From an uncultured virus (IMG/VR IMGVR_UViG_3300020050_002145) (Duplodnaviria; Heunggongvirae; Uroviricota; Caudoviricetes): a DNA stretch of 64,000 nucleotides. Position 1 is the first letter of the stretch. Every line of letters begins with the position of its first letter. Under the pieces are notes generated by a model that was given only the letters and a program-made list of their open reading frames with translations, had not been told where the DNA came from and made no database searches. A program made the position numbers and the translations under genes. The stretch lies in the IMG/VR virus record IMGVR_UViG_3300020050_002145; one strand, 5' to 3'. Shown piece after piece: positions 59,526 to 64,000 of this stretch.

Positions 59526-60428
59526 TTACCACTTCATGTTGGACAAGATACTGTCCACCTTACGCTTGGTTTCCATACGGAAATCATCGTCCTCACGTAA
59601 TGCTTCAGGCGACACACCGAACATGGCATCTTCTAACTGCACACGCATGGCATCCATCTTCGGGTCGTTTGTTATGTTGAACTTGACAAGCAGGTTCATC
59701 ATTGACTGCACGTTATCAACAAGGCTATCCCTAAATATCTTACGGGTTGTCTTATCTTGTTTGTCGGTGTAGTCCAACTTCTCGCTCATGTGTTTCAACG
59801 CATCATAAGTACGTTGCCATACTTCAGCCATCGCATTGTTTAGCTGTTGGGTATAGTGCTGCTCGTACTGACTGTTAAGATAATCTTGTGCTTCTTGTGC
59901 GATGTTCAGTCGGAAATCACCTACAGCGGGTATCTTTTGGTATGCGTATCTGAACTTGAACTTACCACGCAAGGTATCTACATCTGGATACTCAAGCGGG
60001 TTATATAACGCACCGAGCTTGACCTGCGCTTCGGTTTGTGCCCACTGATAAGCAGTTAAGAACTGTTCTACCAACTGATGGAACTGTTGCTCTAGTCCGG
60101 TTATCTCTTTGTGATACTCGGCATAGTGCGCTGTCGGTACTAAACGCATACCCATATCTGACCATGCCATCGTGCTCGCATAGTGAAATGTACGTGCGTT
60201 GCCTACGAACTTGTGAACCGCATCCAATTCGGCACAGTCACCCAGTAACTTCTTGTGGAATGAACCTGCACCGGACGCTGCTGCGTTGTTGCTTAATGTG
60301 TCCGCTGTTGCCCGCTTGTCGAGCTTGCGACCTGTCCATGTACTGATTGATAATTCCACGAACAATGCTGCGCTACTGATTGACGGGGCTGCTGTTACTA
60401 CTGCACTACTGATTTGATTCAAAGTCAT
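59526..60428 (-). CDS. DUF3150-like helical protein
   Basis: V.LSIS.WTGRKLD...K.LL...W...G.RLVP...YP....LR.KF...FRDSLV.N. Confidence 0.65.
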   Translation of the reverse strand: MTLNQISSAVVTAAPSISSAALFVELSISTWTGRKLDKRATADTLSNNAAASGAGSFHKKLLGDCAELDAVHKFVGNARTFHYASTMAWSDMGMRLVPTAHYAEYHKEITGLEQQFHQLVEQFLTAYQWAQTEAQVKLGALYNPLEYPDVDTLRGKFKFRYAYQKIPAVGDFRLNIAQEAQDYLNSQYEQHYTQQLNNAMAEVWQRTYDALKHMSEKLDYTDKQDKTTRKIFRDSLVDNVQSMMNLLVKFNITNDPKMDAMRVQLEDAMFGVSPEALREDDDFRMETKRKVDSILSNMKW

Positions 60429-60455
60429 GGTACACCTCCAAAAGATTGATTAATT

Positions 60456-60475
60456 AGTTAGTAAGCTTACTAACT
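60456..60475. repeat. 20-bp palindrome, copy 4
   Basis: Exact match between promoter and RBS. Confidence 0.95.
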
Positions 60476-60532
60476 TCTGGTTGCTGCTACTGCTGTTGCT
60501 ACGTTGCTACTTACTTCTACTACTGAACCTAT

Positions 60533-60561
60533 ATTATATAACAGAATGATACATAAGTCAA
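60533..60561 (-). promoter_or_regulatory. sigma70-type early promoter
   Basis: TTGACT-17 nt-TATAAT. Confidence 0.88.
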
Positions 60562-60594
60562 GTATTTGATAAGGCTTGATAAGATATGCTGTGT

Positions 60595-60798
60595 TTAGAT
60601 AGCACACTCACGCACCCATTCAACGTACACGTCGCTACGCTTTACCCACATACTTAAACGTAAGCTCTCACGTAGATGTATCGGATAAGACACTAACAAG
60701 TCACCACGCTTGACTACACCAAAATCTTCTGTTGCGATTTTGTCTAGCTTTACTATTTGCGGGTTGCTTGGTTTTTTGTAGTACTTTATTAATCGCAT
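60595..60798 (-). CDS. small early hypothetical protein
   Basis: GGAGG RBS before MRLIK. Confidence 0.6.
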   Translation of the reverse strand: MRLIKYYKKPSNPQIVKLDKIATEDFGVVKRGDLLVSYPIHLRESLRLSMWVKRSDVYVEWVRECAI

Positions 60799-60956
60799 CT
60801 CAACCTCCATTTAAGTCAGCCATAGTTAATACATTACGGAATAATATCTTTGACGTTGGTATACCCAACATCTCTGCCCATCGCTGTGCTGCGTACTCGC
60901 TATCAAACAGTACGCTGTCCTCGTCATCTTCCACACTAAATACTGCAAACGATTTA

Positions 60957-61133
60957 TCAGTCATTGTTCACCTCGTCGTGTCCTTCCTGCGTGTATAAGA
61001 AAACCCCATAGTCGTAACCGTCCTTATAAGCCTTGTACTTTTCCACTTCTTTTATACGGTCGTAGTTATTGGATTCGTAACCTGTGCTATACCCATCAAG
61101 CACACCATGTGCGTAAGCCTTATGTGTTTCCAT
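60957..61133 (-). CDS. small early hypothetical protein (Y..G..DG repeats)
   Basis: GGAGG RBS before METHK. Confidence 0.6.
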   Translation of the reverse strand: METHKAYAHGVLDGYSTGYESNNYDRIKEVEKYKAYKDGYDYGVFLYTQEGHDEVNND

Positions 61134-61298
61134 CTCACACCTCCTCGATTTCATTAATGTCATACACTTCGGACTCTACTTCTGCTTGCATTACATCAAA
61201 CTTGTTTAGCATTGTTAGCTCTGCTTCCTTTTGATTGTCGGCTTCGACCTCTACCTTCTGGTAGTACTTAACTACTATCACTCCTTCATATATCGGCA

Positions 61299-61532
61299 TT
61301 ATGTTGTCCTCTTTGGGTTAAGTTGTTTCAGGGTTTCCATGTTGCTAATGAACATATAGTTCGACTTGTTTATCGGTGCGATGCAATGCTTCACTTGCTT
61401 GGCGAGTTCTTCACCACAACCTCCACACGTAATAGCAACCTTGTCTTTTATACATCTCGCTGCTCTGGCAGGTTCTACTTGTTCCCAGTAACAGCAGGTA
61501 CAGATATAACGCTTGTCCTCTTTGTTGTGCAT
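61299..61532 (-). CDS. small zinc-finger early protein
   Basis: C..C...C..CGE..A......P.NKSNY...LNPKRT. Confidence 0.75.
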   Translation of the reverse strand: MHNKEDKRYICTCCYWEQVEPARAARCIKDKVAITCGGCGEELAKQVKHCIAPINKSNYMFISNMETLKQLNPKRTT

Positions 61533-61667
61533 GTTCACCTCCTTAAATCCAAGAAAAAGAACGGTTCTCATTACGGGCTTCGATCATTGCGTCGAACCAA
61601 TTTCGTTCTGCTTGGTTGTAAGCGTAACGGCTTGGTGTTTGGTATGTGCGTTGCATGTTCACCTCGC

Positions 61668-61889
61668 TTAGTAACGTAAACCTGTATTGACATCAAGCAA
61701 CCCTTTTAAATCGGCTTCGTGTATAGGTTGCTGCTGTTTAAAAAATGCTAACTTCGCATCAATACCTGCACTACCGATTGCGTACACAAACTCTAAGTCC
61801 GTCATGATCCCGCTTCCATGATGTGCTATTAAGTTAGCGATTGTTACGTGTAGCTGTTGCATTGTTTCTTGGTTGATTGCTGTTGACAT
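61668..61889 (-). CDS. small early hypothetical protein
   Basis: GGAGG RBS; first gene after the promoter at 61971-61999. Confidence 0.7.
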   Translation of the reverse strand: MSTAINQETMQQLHVTIANLIAHHGSGIMTDLEFVYAIGSAGIDAKLAFFKQQQPIHEADLKGLLDVNTGLRY

Positions 61890-61908
61890 ATTTACACCTC
61901 CATGTTTT

Positions 61909-61928
61909 AGTTAGTAAGCTTACTAACT
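61909..61928. repeat. 20-bp palindrome, copy 5
   Basis: Exact match between promoter and RBS. Confidence 0.95.
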
Positions 61929-61970
61929 TGTTTGTTTAACGACTTACTACGAATTACCACCAGAACTACT

Positions 61971-61999
61971 ATTATAACACAGGATGATATATAAGTCAA
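61971..61999 (-). promoter_or_regulatory. sigma70-type early promoter
   Basis: TTGACT-17 nt-TATAAT. Confidence 0.88.
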
Positions 62000-62019
62000 G
62001 TATTTGATAGTATGATATA

Positions 62020-62460
62020 GGGTAATGTTCGGTAAGGCTTGGCGGTGTAATGTTGTCATAGTTGCTAATGTTCGTAGTGTTCGGTGCGGGAAAATGCAAT
62101 GTTCGGTTATAAGTTATTGATATATAAGGGAAAAGGATAATGTTCGTAATGTTCGGTTCGATATTTAGGTTGGCGGGGTAAATTTAAGCAAAAAGGGAGG
62201 TCAAGCACGTCGCTTCATTGTGACGTTGGGAAAAATAAATTTTGACCAAAATATGCGTTGGGTTACCGAACAATCGAACATTACAAAATTAATAGATTTA
62301 GATAAGATATGATACGTTTTGATACTGATAAATGATGACATCTGATTACATCTATTACCTAATAGTATCGTAACCCTATATTGTTCGTAATGTTCTTATC
62401 AAATCGTGACAGTACCGAACATTAGAACAATAGCAAACTTGATAATTGTTCGGTTAACTT
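62020..62460. repeat. non-coding array of (AA)TGTTCG / CGAACA repeats, putative replication origin (right copy)
   Basis: About 13 copies in both orientations around an AT-rich core at ~62283-62380. Confidence 0.55.
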
Positions 62461-62519
62461 AGTTTGTGCACTATATTGCATCGTGCTCCACACCGCTGCT
62501 TCTAACACTGGCTTCAAAG

Positions 62520-62539
62520 AGTTAGTAAGCTTACTAACT
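62520..62539. repeat. 20-bp palindrome, copy 6
   Basis: Exact match, between two 24-bp direct repeats. Confidence 0.95.
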
Positions 62540-62627
62540 AAAATGACAATTGTTCGGTACGCTCAACGTGCAGTCCGGCACACCGCTGCTTCAAACACTG
62601 GCATCGTAGGTATACAAAAATTAAGAC

Positions 62628-62653
62628 GAAAAAAAAGCCCGCCGAAGCGGGCT
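62628..62653 (-). terminator. intrinsic terminator
   Basis: Minus strand AGCCCGC-TTCG-GCGGGCT followed by a T-run. Confidence 0.85.
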
Positions 62654-62657
62654 AAAA

Positions 62658-62864
62658 TTAAGCAGTGACTTGCTTTGCAAGCTCATCTTGAAAACTAGGT
62701 TTTTCATGAAAACAAATTAGATCATCTTCATCCATATCGTACATATAAACGGCTTGGTATCCATAACATACCATGTTGTAAATTTCCCAGATGTCTTTTT
62801 CTTGATTTGCGAAAGCCGAGAATGAATTTCCTTTTGCATCGATGTAGTTGACTTTGTATTTCAT
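62658..62864 (-). CDS. small early hypothetical protein
   Basis: GGAGG RBS before MKYKV. Confidence 0.65.
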   Translation of the reverse strand: MKYKVNYIDAKGNSFSAFANQEKDIWEIYNMVCYGYQAVYMYDMDEDDLICFHEKPSFQDELAKQVTA

Positions 62865-62923
62865 TTTTAACACCTCCAAAAAAACCCCAGATATTTCTAT
62901 CTGGGGCAAAGTTAAACAACAAA

Positions 62924-63457
62924 TTAAACTGCAGGAATCATTCCCTTGACTGTCTTAATAAGCTTGACTGTCTCGACTAAGTCGAATTCAGCATTCTCTA
63001 ACTTATTAAGTTTTGCTAGTACTTCATCAAGCTTGGCTTGAATCTTTTGCAATTCAGACTTGCTAGACTCTTGTGCTCCAGTACCATTATCTTCCATACC
63101 TGCAGCAACTCGTGCATCATGTTCAGCCTTTTTAAGCTTGCGCTCAACTAAACCTAACAGACTGCCGATTTCATTTTGCGCTAACTTTTTCTGAATCTTT
63201 TGATTCGCATCAAGAGTCTTGGTATCTTTCAATAACAAGTTTTGCTTGGCACTGCTAAAAGTTGAGACGATAATCGACTTGACTTGAGCACGAAGTTTTT
63301 CAGTCTCGCCGGTTTTGGTTTTGGCTAGATCAACTGAAGTAATACCATCAGCACTAAGTGAATCAGTAACTGAAGTCCACTTAGTTTCAAGCTTGTTGTG
63401 ATCCTTAATAGTTGCTGCTAAAACTTCTTGTGACTTCGCTGAAATTACTTTAGACAT
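62924..63457 (-). CDS. early hypothetical helical protein
   Basis: GAGGTG RBS before MSKVIS; terminator hairpin at 62878-62906. Confidence 0.8.
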   Translation of the reverse strand: MSKVISAKSQEVLAATIKDHNKLETKWTSVTDSLSADGITSVDLAKTKTGETEKLRAQVKSIIVSTFSSAKQNLLLKDTKTLDANQKIQKKLAQNEIGSLLGLVERKLKKAEHDARVAAGMEDNGTGAQESSKSELQKIQAKLDEVLAKLNKLENAEFDLVETVKLIKTVKGMIPAV

Positions 63458-63597
63458 ATAACACCTCATTAAGATAATCGGAACATGTCGACATGACTTG
63501 TTGACCGATGTATGAACTATAAACAAGTTAACACTAGATCGCAATAGATAATCAAATTAAATTTAATCTGATATGATCTGATAAGATAATAAAATAA

Positions 63598-63617
63598 AGT
63601 TAGTAAGCTTACTAACT
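63598..63617. repeat. 20-bp palindrome, copy 7
   Basis: Exact match. Confidence 0.95.
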
Positions 63618-63859
63618 ATGCCGAACCCACCGTATCCCGACCCCCCCAAATGGCGGGTAGGAGTCCCATGCTGTCTAGTATTACTAATATAAACAAACAA
63701 TGACCACCCCCCGTACCATAATATTATTTTGACAACATTGACCCCACCCCCCTCGATATAGGAAATGCCCCCCTATGTCTTTAGGTACCATGCCCTATTT
63801 AAAATTTTATTTTTATGGTATCTTCGAGCCTTCGATACAGCATGGCTGTGTTTGCGACT

Positions 63860-64000
63860 ATGATTAATGCTATCCCTGACTTAGGTGTTGAGTTGCCATT
63901 TGGTGATGTTGCGTTCCATGACTTAAAGGAACGTGCGGCTGCTGCATGTGCGACAATTGACTTACTAGTTGAGAATGGCTTACCTCCTGAGGTACTTGAA
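63860..64000 (+). CDS. 5' part of a second, divergent TerS-like gene (truncated by the window edge)
   Basis: MINAIPDLGVELPF...ACATIDLLVENG weakly parallels MNVIVPNIEEDIPLP...RAKTIKLISDLNG; same position after a C-rich tract. Confidence 0.5.
   Translation, partial: MINAIPDLGVELPFGDVAFHDLKERAAAACATIDLLVENGLPPEVLE

Noticed and set aside
55011..63617. Palindrome copies as a CRISPR array
   Set aside because: Spacing is 0.6-3.3 kb with whole genes between copies; there is no cas operon, and the Cas4-like nuclease is a common phage replication gene.
1..64000. tRNA genes, introns, inteins or stop-codon recoding
   Set aside because: No cloverleaf was recognised by eye; TerL, PolA and helicase are of normal length; genes tile densely under the standard code. 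A tRNAscan-SE run would be needed to exclude tRNAs.

Overview
Roughly one genome-length (~60.5 kb) of a tailed dsDNA phage with podovirus-like gene order. The plus-strand virion arm (3.3-42.9 kb) runs: TerS-like gene, TerL, portal, GroES-like co-chaperonin, scaffold, capsid, a cluster of small Lys/Gly-rich proteins, adaptor and tail genes, fibres, holin/M15 endolysin, internal virion proteins and a 2159-aa polyvalent protein. The minus-strand early/replication arm (42.9-63.5 kb) holds a primase-helicase, SSB-like protein, SNF2 helicase, nucleases, family A DNA polymerase, an AAA+/VWA/DUF3150-like trio and many small ORFs. I saw no integrase, tRNA, CRISPR array or reverse transcriptase. Main observations: (1) seven identical copies of a perfect 20-bp palindrome punctuate the early region; (2) the two window ends are syntenic but non-identical copies of the same promoter/iteron/C-tract/TerS region, suggesting two related phages are joined; (3) TGTTC iteron-like arrays suggest replication origins; (4) three candidate structured RNA leaders, including a kissing-loop fold abutting an RBS; (5) a short hydrophobic-(A/K)-x-G-G peptide tag recurs in many unrelated late proteins; (6) a very acidic DNA-mimic-like peptide converges on an HNH gene. 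The 100-N gap at 13010-13109 with its 121-bp flanking duplication is most likely an assembly artefact. All calls are by eye from motifs and synteny; no searches were run.
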